From contig CM082589.2 of the NCBI GenBank assembly GCA_040954595.2, forward strand, positions 9,994,894-10,058,893: a stretch of DNA of 64,000 nucleotides, in the 5' to 3' direction. Below are positions 15,001 through 30,000 of this stretch, one piece after another. How positions within the stretch are numbered: position 1 is the first letter of the stretch; the number at the start of each line of letters is the position of its first letter. The DNA comes from Balanoglossus misakiensis (lineage: Eukaryota > Animalia > Hemichordata). A program made the position numbers and the translations under genes. The notes beneath the pieces are model-generated. The model ran no database searches and was not told the DNA's origin. It saw only the letters and a list, made by a program, of their open reading frames with translations.

Positions 15001-18000
15001 AAAAAAAATCATGGGTGAAAATCATCAAAAAATGACAAATTTTCGACTTTGCAAAATCTCAAAATTTCGTCGATTTTTGAAAAAAATCACGGGTGAAAAT
15101 CATCAAAAAATGACAAATTTTCGTCTTTGCTAAATCTCAAAATTTCGTCGATTTTTGAAAAAAATCATGGGTGAAAATCATCAAAAAATGACAAATTTTC
15201 GACTTTGCAAAATCTCAAAATTTCGTACATTTTAAAAAAAAAATCATGGGTGAAATTCATCAAAAAATGACAAATTTTCGTCTTTGCAAAATCTCAAAAT
15301 TTCGCCGATTTTTGAAAAAAACAATCATGGTGAAAATCATCAAAAAATGACAAATTTTCGACTTTGCAAAATCTCAAAATGTTGTCAATTTTTTAAAAAA
15401 ATCATGAGTTCGTTGATTTTTAAAAAAAAACATTGGTGTCAATTTTTGAAAAAAATCATGGGTTCGTTGATTTTTAAAAAAAAACATTGGTGAAAATCAT
15501 CAAAAAATTACAAATTTTCGACTTTGCAAAATCTAAAAATTTCGTACATTTTTGAAAAAAAATCATGGGTGAAAATCATCAAAAAATGACAAATTTTCGT
15601 CTTTGCAAAATCTCAAAATTTCGTCGTTTTTTAAAAAAAAATCATGGTGAAAATCATCAAAAAATGACAAATTGTCGACTTTGCAAAATCTAAAAATTTT
15701 GTCGATTTTTGAAAAAAATCATGGGTGAAAATAATCAAAAAATGACAAATTTTCGACTTTGCAAAATCTCAAAATTTCGTCGATTTTTGAAAAAAATCAT
15801 GGGTGAAAATCATCAAAAAATGACAAATTTTCGACTTTGCAAAATCTCAAAATTTCGTCGATTTTTGAAAAAAATCATGGGTTCGTTCAATTTTGAAAAA
15901 AAACGGGTGAAAATCATCAAAAAATTACAAATTTTCGACTTTGCAAAATCTCAAAATTTTGTCGATTTTTGAAAAAAAATCATGGGTGAAAATCATTAAT
16001 AAATGACAAATTTTCGACTTTGCAAAATCTCAAAATTTCGTCGATTTTTGAAAAAAAATCATGGGTGAAAATCATCAAAAAATGACAAATTTTCGACTTT
16101 GCAAAATCTCAAAATTTCGTCGATTTTTGAGAAAAATCATGGATGAAAATCATCAAAAAATGACAAATTTTCGACTTTGCAAAATCTCAAAATTTTGTCG
16201 ATTTTTGAAAAAAAATCATGGGTTCGTTGATTTTTGAAAAAAAACATGGGTGAAAATCATCAAAAAAGTACAAATTTTCGAATTTGCAAAATCTCAAAAT
16301 TTCGTCGATTTTTGAAAAAAAAACATGGGTGAAAATCATCAAAAAATTACAAATTTTCGTCTTTGCAAAATCTCAAAATTTCGTCGATTTTTGAAAAAAA
16401 AAAATCATGGGTAAAAATCATCAAAAAATTACAAATTTTCGACTTTGCAAAATCTAAAAATTTTGTCGATTTTTGAAAAAAATCATGGGTGAAAATCATC
16501 AAAAAATGACAAATTTTCGACTTTGCAAAATCTCAAAATTTCGTAGATTTTTGAAAAAAAAATCATGGGTGAAAATCATCAAAAAATTACAAATTTTCGA
16601 CTTTGCAAAATCTCAAAATTTCGTCGATTTTTGAGAAAAATCATGGGTGAAAATCATCAAAAAATGACAAATTTTCGACTTTGCAAAATCTCAAAATTTT
16701 GTCGATTTTTGAAAAAAAATCATGGGTTCGTTGATTTTTGAAAAAAAATCATGGGTGAAAATCATCAAAAAATTACAAATTTTCGACTTTGCAAAATCTC
16801 AAAATTTCGTCGATTTTTGAGAAAAATCATGGGTGAAAATCATCAAAAAATGACAAATTTTCGACTTTGCAAAATCTCAAAATTTCGTAAATTTTTGAAA
16901 AAAAGTCATGGGTGAAAATCATCAAAAAATTACAAATTTTCGTCTTTGCAAAATCTCAAAATTTCGTCGATTTTTGAAAAAAAAAAATCATGGGTAAAAA
17001 TCATCAAAAAATTACAAATTTTCGACTTTGCAAAATCTAAAAATTTTGTCGATTTTTGAAAAAAATCATGGGTGAAAATCATCAAAAAATGACAAATTTT
17101 CGACTTTGCAAAATCTCAAAATTTCGTCGATTTTTGAAAAAAAAAACATGGGTGAAAATCATCAAAAAATGACAAATTTTCGACTTTGCAAAATCTCAAA
17201 ATTTCGTCGATTTTTGAAAAAAATCATGGGTTCGTTCAATTTTGAAAAAAAACATGGGTGAAAATCATCAAAAAATTACAAATTTTCGACTTTGCAAAAT
17301 CTCAAAATTTCGTCGATTTTTGAAAAAAAATCATGGGTGAAAATCATCAAAAATTACAAATTTTCGACTTTGCAAAATCTCAAAATTTCGTCGATTTTTG
17401 AGAAAAATCATGGGTGAAAATCATCAAAAAATGACAAATTTTCGACTTTGCAAAATCTCAAAATTTTGTCGATTTTTGAAAAAAAATCATGGGTTCGTTG
17501 ATTTTTGAAAAAAAACATGGGTGAAAAAAATCAAAAAATTACAAATTTTCGAATTTGCAAAATCTCAAAATTTTGTCGATTTTTGAAAAAAATCATGGGT
17601 GAAAATCATCAAAAAATGACACATTTTCGACTTTGCAAAATCTCAAAATTTCGTCGATTTTTGAAAAAAATCATGGGTGAAAATCATCAAAAAATGACAA
17701 ATTTTCGACTTTGCAAAATCTCAAAATTTCGTCGATTTTTGAAAAAAATCATGGGTTCGTTGATTTTTTAAAAAAAACATTGGTGTCAATTTTTGAAAAA
17801 AATCATGGGTTCGTTGATTTTTAAAAAAAAACATTGGTGAAAATCATCAAAAAATTACAAATTTTCGACTTTGCAAAATCTCAAAATTTCGTACATTTTT
17901 GAAAAAAAATCATGGGTGAAAATCATCAAAAAATGACAAATTTTCGACTTTGCAAAATCTCAAAATTTCGTCGATTTTTGAAAAAAATCACGGGTGAAAA

Positions 18001-21000
18001 TCATCAAAAAATGACAAATTTTCGTCTTTGCTAAATCTCAAAATTTCGTCGATTTTTGAAAAAAATCATGGGTGAAAATCATCAAAAAATGACAAATTTT
18101 CGACTTTGCAAAATCTCAAAATTTCGTACATTTTTAAAAAAAAATCATGGGTGAAATTCATCAAAAAATGACAAATTTTCGTCTTTGCAAAATCTCAAAA
18201 TTTCGCCGATTTTTGAAAAAAACAATCATGGTGAAAATCATCAAAAAATGACAAATTTTCGACTTTGCAAAATCTCAAAATGTTGTCAATTTTTTAAAAA
18301 AATCATGAGTTCGTTGATTTTTAAAAAAAAACATTGGTGTCAATTTTTGAAAAAAATCATGGGTTCGTTGATTTTTAAAAAAAAACATTGGTGAAAATCA
18401 TCAAAAAATTACAAATTTTCGACTTTGCAAAATCTAAAAATTTCGTACATTTTTGATAAAAAATCATGGGTGAAAATCATCAAAAAATGACAAATTTTCG
18501 TCTTTGCAAAATCTCAAAATTTCGTCGTTTTTTAAAAAAAAATCATGGTGAAAATCATCAAAAAATGACAAATTGTCGACTTTGCAAAATCTAAAAATTT
18601 TGTCGATTTTTGAAAAAAATCATGGGTGAAAATAATCAAAAAATGACAAATTTTCGACTTTGCAAAATCTCAAAATTTCGTCGATTTTTGAAAAAAATCA
18701 TGGGTGAAAATCATCAAAAAATGACAAATTTTCGACTTTGCAAAATCTCAAAATTTCGTCGATTTTTGAAAAAAATCATGGGTTCGTTCAATTTTGAAAA
18801 AAAACGGGTGAAAATCATCAAAAAATTACAAATTTTCGACTTTGCAAAATCTCAAAATTTTGTCGATTTTTGAAAAAAAATCATGGGTGAAAATCATTAA
18901 TAAATGACAAATTTTCGACTTTGCAAAATCTCAAAATTTCGTCGATTTTTGAAAAAAAATCATGGGTGAAAATCATCAAAAAATGACAAATTTTCGACTT
19001 TGCAAAATCTCAAAATTTCGTCGATTTTTGAGAAAAATCATGGGTGAAAATCATCAAAAAATGACAAATTTTCGACTTTGCAAAATCTCAAAATTTTGTC
19101 GATTTTTGAAAAAAAATCATGGGTTCGTTGATTTTTGAAAAAAAACATGGGTGAAAATCATCAAAAAAGTACAAATTTTCGAATTTGCAAAATCTCAAAA
19201 TTTCGTCGATTTTTGAAAAAAAAACATGGGTGAAAATCATCAAAAAATGACAAATTTTCGACTTTGCAAAATCTCAAAATTTCGTAAATTTTTGAAAAAA
19301 AGTCATGGGTGAAAATCATCAAAAAATTACAAATTTTCGTCTTTGCAAAATCTCAAAATTTCGTCGAGTTTTGAAAAAAATCATGGGTGAAAATCATCAA
19401 AAAATGACAAATTTTCGACTTTGCAAAATCTCAAAATTTTGTCGATTTTTGAAAAAAAATCATGGGTTCGTTGATTTTTTAAAAAAAACATGGGTGAAAA
19501 TCATCAAAAAATTACAAATTTTCGAATTTGCAAAATCTCAAAATTTCGTCGATTTTTGAAAAAAAAACATGGGTGAAAATCATCAAAAAATGACAAATTT
19601 TCGACTTTGCAAAATCTCAAAATTTCGTAAATTTTTGAAAAAAAGTCATGGGTGAAAATCATCAAAAAATTACAAATTTTCGTCTTTGCAAAATCTCAAA
19701 ATTTCGTCGATTTTTGAAAAAAATCATGGGTGAAAATCATCAAAAAATGACAAATTTTCGACTTTGCAAAATCTCAAAATTTTGTCGATTTTTGAAAAAA
19801 AATCATGGGTTCGTTGATTTTTGAAAAAAAACATGGGTGAAAATCATCAAAAAATTACAAATTTTCGAATTTGCAAAATCTCAAAATTTCGTCGATTTTT
19901 GAAAAAAAACATGGGTGAAAATCATCAAAAAATGACAAATTTTCGACTTTGCAAAATCTCAAAATTTCGTAAATTTTTGAAAAAAAGTCATGGGTGAAAA
20001 TCATCAAAAAATTACAAATTTTCGTCTTTGCAAAATCTCAAAATTTCGTCGATTTTTGAAAAAAAAAATCATGGGTAAAAATCATCAAAAAATTACAAAT
20101 TTTCGACTTTGCAAAATCTAAAAATTTTGTCGATTTTTGAAAAAAATCATGGGTGAAAATCATCAAAAAATGACAAATTTTCGACTTTGCAAAATCTCAA
20201 AATTTCGTCGATTTTTGAAAAAAATCATGGGTTCGTTCAATTTTGAAAAAAAACATGGGTGAAAATCATCAAAAAATTACAAATTTTCGACTTTGCAAAA
20301 TCTCAAAATTTTGTCGATTTTTGAAAAAAAATCATGGGTGAAAATCATTAATAAATGACAAATTTTCGACTTTGCAAAATCTCAAAATTTCGTCGATTTT
20401 TGAAAAAAAATCATGGGTGAAAATCATCAAAAAATTACAAATTTTCGACTTTGCAAAATCTAAAAATTTTGTCGATTTTTGAAAAAAATCATGGGTGAAA
20501 ATCATCAAAAAATGACAAATTTTCGACTTTGCAAAATCTCAAAATTTTGTCGATTTTTGAAAAAAAATCATGGGTTCGTTGATTTTTGAAAAAAAACATG
20601 GGTGAAAATCATCAAAAAATTACAAATTTTCGAATTTGCAAAATCTCAAAATTTTGTCGATTTTTGAAAAAAATCATGGGTGAAAATAATCAAAAAATTA
20701 CAAATTTTCGACTTTGCAAAATCTAAAAATTTTGTCCATTTTTGAAAAAAATCATGGGTGAAAATCATCAAAAAATGACAAATTTTCGACTATGCAAAAT
20801 CTCAAAATTTAGTCGATTTTTGAAAAAAATCATGGGTTCGTTCAATTTTGAAAAAAAACATGGATGAAAATCATCAAAAAATTACAAATTTTCGACTTTG
20901 CAAAATCTCAAAATTTTGTCGATTTTTGAAAAAAAATCATGGGTGAAAATCATTAATAAATGACAAATTTTCGACTTTGCAAAATCTCAAAATTTCGTCG

Positions 21001-24000
21001 ATTTTTGAAAAAAAATCATGGGTGAAAATCATCAAAAAATTACAAATTTTCGACTTTGCAAAATCTCAAAATTTCGTCGATTTTTGAGAAAAATCATGGG
21101 TGAAAATCATCAAAAAATGACAAATTTTCGACTTTGCAAAATCTCAAAATTTTGTCGATTTTTGAAAAAAAATCATGGGTTCGTTGATTTTTGAAAAAAA
21201 GTCATGGGTGAAAATCATCAAAAAATTACAAATTTTCGTCTTTGCAAAATCTCAAAATTTCGTCGATTTTTGAAAAAAAAAATCATGGGTAAAAATCATC
21301 AAAAAATTACAAATTTTCGACTTTGCAAAATCTAAAAATTTTGTCGATTTTTGAAAAAAATCATGGGTGAAAATCATCAAAAAATGACAAATTTTCGACT
21401 TTGCAAAATCTCAAAATTTCGTAGATTTTTGAAAAAAAAAATCATGGGTAAAAATCATCAAAAAATTACAAATTTTCGACTTTGCAAAATCTAAAAATTT
21501 TGTCGATTTTTGAAAACAATCATGGGTGAAAATCATCAAAAAATGACAAATTTTCGACTTTGCAAAATCTCAAAATTTTGTCGATTTTTGAAAAAAAATC
21601 ATGGGTGAAAATCATTAATAAATGACAAATTTTCGACTTTGCAAAATCTCAAAATTTCGTCGATTTTTGAAAAAAAATCATGGGTGAAAATCATCAAAAA
21701 ATTACAAATTTTCGACTTTGCAAAATCTCAAAATTTCGTCGATTTTTGAGAAAAATCATGGGTGAAAATCATCAAAAAATGACAAATTTTCGACTTTGCA
21801 AAATCTCAAAATTTTGTCGATTTTTGAAAAAAATCATGGGTTCGTTCAATTTTGAAAAAAAACATGGGTGAAAATCATCAAAAAATTACAAATTTTCGAC
21901 TTTGCAAAATCTCAAAATTTCGTCGATTTTTGAAAAAAAATCATGGGTGAAAATCATCAAAAAATTACAAATTTTCGACTTTGCAAAATCTCAAAATTTT
22001 GTCGATTTTTGAAAAAAAATCATGGGTTCGTTGATTTTTGAAAAAAAACATGGGTGAAAATCATCAAAAAATTACAAATTTTCGAATTTGCAAAATCACA
22101 AAATTTCGTCGATTTTTGAAAAAAAAACATGGGTGAAAATCATCAAAAAATTACAAATTTTCGACTTTGCAAAATCTCAAAATTTCGTAAATTTTTGAAA
22201 AAAAGTCATGGGTGAAAATCATCAAAAAATTACAAATTTTCGTCTTTGCAAAATCACAAAATTTCGTCGATTTTTGAAAAAAAAAATCATGGGTAAAAAT
22301 CATCAAAAAATTACAAATTTTCGACTTTGCAAAATCTAAAAATTTTGTCGATTTTTGAAAAAAATCATGGGTGAAAATCATCAAAAAATGACAAATTTTC
22401 GTCTTTGCAAAATCTCAAAATTTCGTCCATTTTTGAATAAAAATCATGGGTGAAAATCATCAAAAAATGACACATTTTCGACTTTGCAAAATCTAAAAAT
22501 TTCGTCGATTTTTGAAAAAAATCATGGTTGAAAATCATCAAAAAATGACAAAATTTTCGACTTTGTAAAATCACAAAATTTCGTCGATTTTGAAAAAAAT
22601 CATAGGTTCGTCGATTTCTAAAAAAAAACATGGGTGAAAATCATCAAAAAATGACAAATTTTCGACTTTGCAAAATCTCAAAATTTCGTCGATTTTTGAA
22701 AAAAAATCATGGGTGAAAATCATCAAAAAATTACAAATTTTCGACTTTGCAAAATCTCAAAATTTCGTCGATTTTTGAGAAAAATCATGGGTGAAAATCA
22801 TCAAAAAATGACAAATTTTCGACTTTGCAAAATCTCAAAATTTTGTCGATTTTTGAAAAAAATCATGGGTTCGTTCAATTTTGAAAAAAAACATGGGTGA
22901 AAATCATCAAAAAATTACAAATTTTCGACTTTGCAAAATCTCAAAATTTCGTCGATTTTTGAAAAAAAATCATGGGTGAAAATCATCAAATAATTACAAA
23001 TTTTCGACTTTGCAAAATCTCAAAATTTTGTCGATTTTTGAAAAAAAATCATGGGTTCGTTGATTTTTGAAAAAAAACATGGGTGAAAATCATCAAAAAA
23101 TTACAAATTTTCGAATTTGCAAAATCACAAAATTTCGTCGATTTTTGAAAAAAAAACATGGGTGAAAATCATCAAAAAATTACAAATTTTCGACTTTGCA
23201 AAATCTCAAAATTTCGTAAATTTTTGAAAAAAAGTCATGGGTGAAAATCATCAAAAAATTACAAATTTTCGTCTTTGCAAAATCACAAAATTTCGTCGAT
23301 TTTTGAAAAAAAAAATCATGGGTAAAAATCATCAAAAAATTACAAATTTTCGACTTTGCAAAATCTAAAAATTTTGTCGATTTTTGAAAAAAATCATGGG
23401 TGAAAATCATCAAAAAATGACAAATTTTCGTCTTTGCAAAATCTCAAAATTTCGTCCATTTTTGAATAAAAATCATGGGTGAAAATCATCAAAAAATGAC
23501 ACATTTTCGACTTTGCAAAATCTAAAAATTTCGTCGATTTTTGAAAAAAATCATGGTTGAAAATCATCAAAAAATGACAAAATTTTCGACTTTGTAAAAT
23601 CACAAAATTTCGTCGATTTTGAAAAAAATCATAGGTTCGTCGATTTCTAAAAAAAAACATGGGTGAAAATCATCAAAAAATGACAAATTTTCGACTTTGC
23701 AAAATCTCAAAATTTCGTCGATTTTTGAAAAAAATCATGGGTGAAAATCATCAAAAAATGACAAATTTTCGACTTCGCAAAATCTCAAAATTTCGTCAAT
23801 TTTTGAAAAAATCAGGGGTAAAAATCATCACAAAAATGACAAATTTTCGTCTTTGCTAAATCTCAAAATTTCGTTGGTTTTTGAAAAATAATATGGGTGA
23901 AAATCATCAAAAAATGACAAATTTTCGACTTTGCAAAATCTCAAAATTTCGTCCATTTTTGAAAAAAAATCATGGGTAAAAATCATCAAAAAATGACAAA

Positions 24001-27000
24001 TTTTCGTCTTTGCAAAATCTCAAAATTTCTTCCATTTAAAAAAAAAAGCATGGGGGAAAATCATCAAAAAATGACAAATTTTCGTCTTTTCAAAATCTCA
24101 AAATTTCGTCCATTTAAAAAAAAAAACATGGGTGAAAATCATCAAAAAATGACAAATTTTTGACTTTTCAAAATCTCACAATTTCGTCGATTTTTGAAAA
24201 AAATCATGGGTGAAAATCATCAAAAAATGACAAATTATCGACTTTGCAAAATCTCAAAATTTCGTCGATTTTGAAAAAAACCATTGGGGGAAAATCATCA
24301 AAAAATGACAAATTATCGACTTTGCAAAATCTCAAAATTTCGTCCATTTTAAAAAAAAAACATGGGGGAAAATCATCAAAAAATGACAAATTTTCGACTT
24401 TGCAAAATCTCAAAATTTCGTCGATTTTGAAAAAAAACATTGGGGGAAAATCATCAAAAAATGACAAATTATCGACTTTGCACAATCTCACAATTTCGTC
24501 GATTTTTGAAAAAAATCATGGGTGAAAATCATCAAAAAATTACAAATTTTCGACTTTGCAAAATCTCAACATTTCGTCGATTTTTGAAAAAAATCATGGG
24601 TGAAAATCATCAAAAAATGACAAATTTTCGACTTTGCAAAATCTCACAATTTCGTCGATTTTTGAAAAAAATCATGGGTGAAAATCATCAAAAAATTACA
24701 AATTTTCGACTTTGCAAAATCTCAACATTTCGTCGATTTTTGAAAAAAATCATGGGTGAAAATCATCAAAAAATTACAAATTTTCGACTTTGCAAAATCT
24801 CAAAATTTCGTCGATTTTTGAAAAAAAATCATGGGTGAAAATCATCAAAAAATTACAAATTTTCGACTTTGCAAAATCTCAAAATTTTGTCGATTTTTGA
24901 AAAAAAATCATGGGTTCGTTGATTTTTGAAAAAAAACATGGGTGAAAATCATCAAAAAATTACAAATTTTCGAATTTGCAAAATCACAAAATTTCGTCGA
25001 TTTTTGAAAAAAAAAAACATGGGTGAAAATCATCAAAAAATTACAAATTTTCGACTTTGCAAAATCTCAAAATTTCGTAAATTTTTGAAAAAAAGTCATG
25101 GGTGAAAATCATCAAAAAATTACAAATTTTCGTCTTTGCAAAATCTCAAAATTTCGTCGATTTTTGAAAAAAAAAATCATGGGTAAAAATCATCAAAAAA
25201 TTACAAATTTTCGACTTTGCAAAATCTAAAAATTTTGTCGATTTTTGAAAAAAATCATGGGTGAAAATCATCAAAAAATGACAAATTTTCGTCTTTGCAA
25301 AATCTCAAAATTTCGTCCATTTTTGAATAAAAATCATGGGTGAAAATCATCAAAAAATGACACATTTTCGACTTTGCAAAATCTAAAAATTTCGTCGATT
25401 TTTGAAAAAAATCATGGTTGAAAATCATCAAAAAATGACAAAATTTTCGACTTTGTAAAATCACAAAATTTCGTCGATTTTGAAAAAAATCATAGGTTCG
25501 TCGATTTCTAAAAAAAAACATGGGTGAAAATCATCAAAAAATGACAAATTTTCGACTTTGCAAAATCTCAAAATTTCGTCGATTTTTGAAAAAAATCATG
25601 GGTGAAAATCATCAAAAAATGACAAATTTTCGACTTCGCAAAATCTCAAAATTTCGTCAATTTTTGAAAAAATCAGGGGTAAAAATCATCAAAAAATGAC
25701 AAATTTTCGTCTTTGCTAAATCTCAATATTTCGTCGGTTTTTGAAAAATAATATGGGTGAAAATCATCAAAAAATGACAAATTTTCGACTTTGCAAAATC
25801 TCACAATTTCGTCGATTTTTGAAAAAAATCATGGGTGAAAATCATCAAAAAATGACAAATTATCGACTTTGCAAAATCTCAAAATTTCGTCGATTTTGAA
25901 AAAAACCATTGGGGGAAAATCATCAAAAAATGACAAATTATCGACTTTGCAAAATCTCAAAATTTCGTCCATTTTAAAAAAAAAAACATGGGGGAAAATC
26001 ATCAAAAAATGACAAATTTTCGACTTTGCAAAATCTCAAAATTTCGTCGATTTTGAAAAAAAACATTGGGGGAAAATCATCAAAAAATGACAAATTATCG
26101 ACTTTGCACAATCTCACAATTTCGTCGATTTTTGAAAAAAATCATGGGTGAAAATCATCAAAAAATTACAAATGTTCGACTTTGCAAAATCTCAACATTT
26201 CGTCGATTTTTGAAAAAAATCATGGGTGAAAATCATCAAAAAATGACAAATTTTCGACTTTGCAAAATCTCACAATTTCGTCGATTTTTGAAAAAAATCA
26301 TGGGTGAAAATCATCAAAAAATTACAAATTTTCGACTTTGCAAAATCTCAACATTTCGTCGATTTTTGAAAAAAATCATGGGTGAAAATCATCAAAAAAT
26401 GACAAATTTTCGACTTTGCAAAATCTCAAAATTTCGTCAATTTTTGAAAAAATCATGGGTGAAAATCATCAAAAAATGACAAATTTTCGTCTTTGCAAAA
26501 TCTCAAAATTTCGTCAGTTTTTGAAAAATAATATGGTTGAAAATCATCAAAAAATGACAAAATTATCGACTTTGCAAAATCTCACAATTTCGTCGATTTT
26601 TGAAAAAAAATCATGGGTGAAAATCATCAAAAAATTACAAATTTTCGACTTTGCAAAATCTCAACATTTCGTCGATTTTTGAAAAAAATCATGGGTGAAA
26701 ATCATCAAAAAATGACAAATTTTCGACTTTGCAAAATCTCAAAATTTCGTCCATTTTAAAAAAAAACATGGGGGAAAATCATCAAAAAATGAGAATATTT
26801 TCGACTTTGCAAAATCTCAAAATTTCGTCGATTTTGAAAAAAATCATAGGTTCGTCGATTTAAAAAAAAAACATGGGTGAAAATCATCAAAAAATGACAA
26901 ATTTTCGACTTTGCAAAATCTCACAATTTCGTCGATTTTTGAAAAAAATCATGGGAGAAAATCATCAAAAAATGACAAATTTTCGACTTTGCAAAATCTC

Positions 27001-30000
27001 AACATTTCGTCGATTTTTGAAAAAAATCATGGGTGAAAATCATCAAAAAATGACAAATTTTCGACTTTGCAAAATCTCAAAATTTCGTCGATTTTTGAAA
27101 AAAAATCATGGGTGTAAATCATCAAAAAATGACAAATTTTCGTCTTTGCAAAATCTCAAAATTTCGTCCATTTTTGAATAAAAATCATGGGTGAAAATCA
27201 TCAAAAAATGACACATTTTCGACTTTGCAAAATCTAAAAATTTCGTCGATTTTTGAAAAAAATCATGGTTGAAAATCATCAAAAAATGACAAAATTTTCG
27301 ACTTTGTAAAATCACAAAATTTCGTCGATTTTGAAAAAAATCATAGGTTCGTCGATTTCTAAAAAAAAACATTGGTGAAAATCATCAAAAAATGACAAAT
27401 TTTCGACTTTGCAAAATCTCAAAATTTCGTCGATTTTTGAAAAAAATCATGGGTGAAAATCATCAAAAAATGACAAATTTTCGACTTCGCAAAATCTCAA
27501 AATTTCGTCAATTTTTGAAAAAATCAGGGGTAAAAATCATCAAAAAATGACAAATTTTCGTCTTTGCTAAATCTCAAAATTTCGTCGGTTTTTGAAAAAT
27601 AATATGGGTGAAAATCATCAAAAAATGACAAATTTTCGACTTTGCAAAATCTCAACATTTCGTCGATTTTTGAAAAAAATCATGGGTGAAAATCATCAAA
27701 AAATGACAAATTTTCGACTTTGCAAAATCTCAAAATTTCGTCCATTTTAAAAAAAAAACATGGGGGAAAATCATCAAAAAATGAGAAAATTTTCGACTTT
27801 GCAAAATCTCAAAATTTCGTCGATTTTGAAAAAAATCATAGGTTCGTCGATTTAAAAAAAAAAACATGGGTGAAAATCATCAAAAAATGACAAATTTTCG
27901 ACTTTGCAAAATCTCACAATTTCGTGGATTTTTGAAAAAAATCATGGGTGAAAATCATCAAAAAATTACAAATTTTCGACTTTGCAAAATCTCAACATTT
28001 CGTCAATTTTTGAAAAAATCATGGGTGAAAATCATCAAAAAATGACAAATTATCGACTTTGCACAATCTCACAATTTCGTCGATTTTTGAAAAAAATCAT
28101 GGGTGAAAATCATCAAAAAATTACAAATGTTCGACTTTGCAAAATCTCAACATTTCGTCGATTTTTGAAAAAAATCATGGGTGAAAATCATCAAAAAATG
28201 ACAAATTTTCGACTTTGCAAAATCTCACAATTTCGTCGATTTTTGAAAAAAATCATGGGTGAAAATCATCAAAAAATTACAAATTTTCGACTTTGCAAAA
28301 TCTCAACATTTCGTCGATTTTTGAAAAAAATCATGGGTGAAAATCATCAAAAAATGACAAATTTTCGACTGTGCAAAATCTCAAAATTTCGTCAATTTTT
28401 GAAAAAATCATGGGTGAAAATCATCAAAAAATGACAAATTTTCGTCTTTGCAAAATCTCAAAATTTCGTCAGTTTTTGAAAAATAATATGGTTGAAAATC
28501 ATCAAAAAATGACAAAATTATCGACTTTGCAAAATCTCACAATTTCGTCGATTTTTGAAAAAAAATCATGGGTGAAAATCATCAAAAAATTACAAATTTT
28601 CGACTTTGCAAAATCTCAACATTTCGTCGATTTTTGAAAAAAATCATGGGTGAAAATCATCAAAAAATGACAAATTTTCGACTTTGCAAAATCTCAAAAT
28701 TTCGTCCATTTTAAAAAAAAAACATGGGGGAAAATCATCAAAAAATGAGAATATTTTCGACTTTGCAAAATCTCAAAATTTCGTCGATTTTGAAAAAAAT
28801 CATAGGTTCGTCGATTTAAAAAAAAAACATGGGTGAAAATCATCAAAAAATGACAAATTTTCGACTTTGCAAAATCTCACAATTTCGTCGATTTTTGAAA
28901 AAAATCATGGGAGAAAATCATCAAAAAATGACAAATTTTCGACTTTGCAAAATCTCAACATTTCGTCGATTTTTGAAAAAAATCATGGGTGAAAATCATC
29001 AAAAAATGACAAATTTTCGACTTTGCAAAATCTCAAAATTTCGTCGATTTTTGAAAAAAAATCATGGGTGTAAATCATCAAAAAATGACAAATTTTCGTC
29101 TTTGCAAAATCTCAAAATTTCGTCCATTTTTGAATAAAAATCATGGGTGAAAATCATCAAAAAATGACACATTTTCGACTTTGCAAAATCTAAAAATTTC
29201 GTCGATTTTTGAAAAAAATCATGGTTGAAAATCATCAAAAAATGACAAAATTTTCGACTTTGTAAAATCACAAAATTTCGTCGATTTTGAAAAAAATCAT
29301 AGGTTCGTCGATTTCTAAAAAAAAACATTGGTGAAAATCATCAAAAAATGACAAATTTTCGATTTTGCAAAATCTCAAAATTTCGTCGATTTTTGAAAAA
29401 AATCATGGGTGAAAATCATCAAAAAATGACAAATTTTCGACTTCGCAAAATCTCAAAATTTCGTCAATTTTTGAAAAAATCAGGGGTAAAAATCATCAAA
29501 AAATGACAAATTTTCGTCTTTGCTAAATCTCAAAATTTCGTCGGTTTTTGAAAAATAATATGGGTGAAAATCATCAAAAAATGACAAATTTTCGACTTTG
29601 CAAAATCTCAACATTTCGTCGATTTTTGAAAAAAATCATGGGTGAAAATCATCAAAAAATGACAAATTTTCGACTTTGCAAAATCTCAAAATTTCGTCCA
29701 TTTTAAAAAAAAAACATGGGGGAAAATCATCAAAAAATGAGAAAATTTTCGACTTTGCAAAATCTCAAAATTTCGTCGATTTTGAAAAAAATCATAGGTT
29801 CGTCGATTTAAAAAAAAAAACATGGGTGAAAATCATCAAAAAATGACAAATTTTCGACTTTGCAAAATCTCACAATTTCGTCGATTTTTGAAAAAAATCA
29901 TGGGAGAAAATCATCAAAAAATGACAAATTTTCGACTTTGCAAAATCTCAACATTTCGTCGATTTTTGAAAAAAATCATGGGTGAAAATCATCAAAAAAT

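Noticed and set aside
15875-15912. CENP-B box-like TTCG...CGGG (also TTCGTTGG at ~23870)
   Set aside because: The spacing does not fit TTCGNNNNANNCGGG, and these are rare variants.
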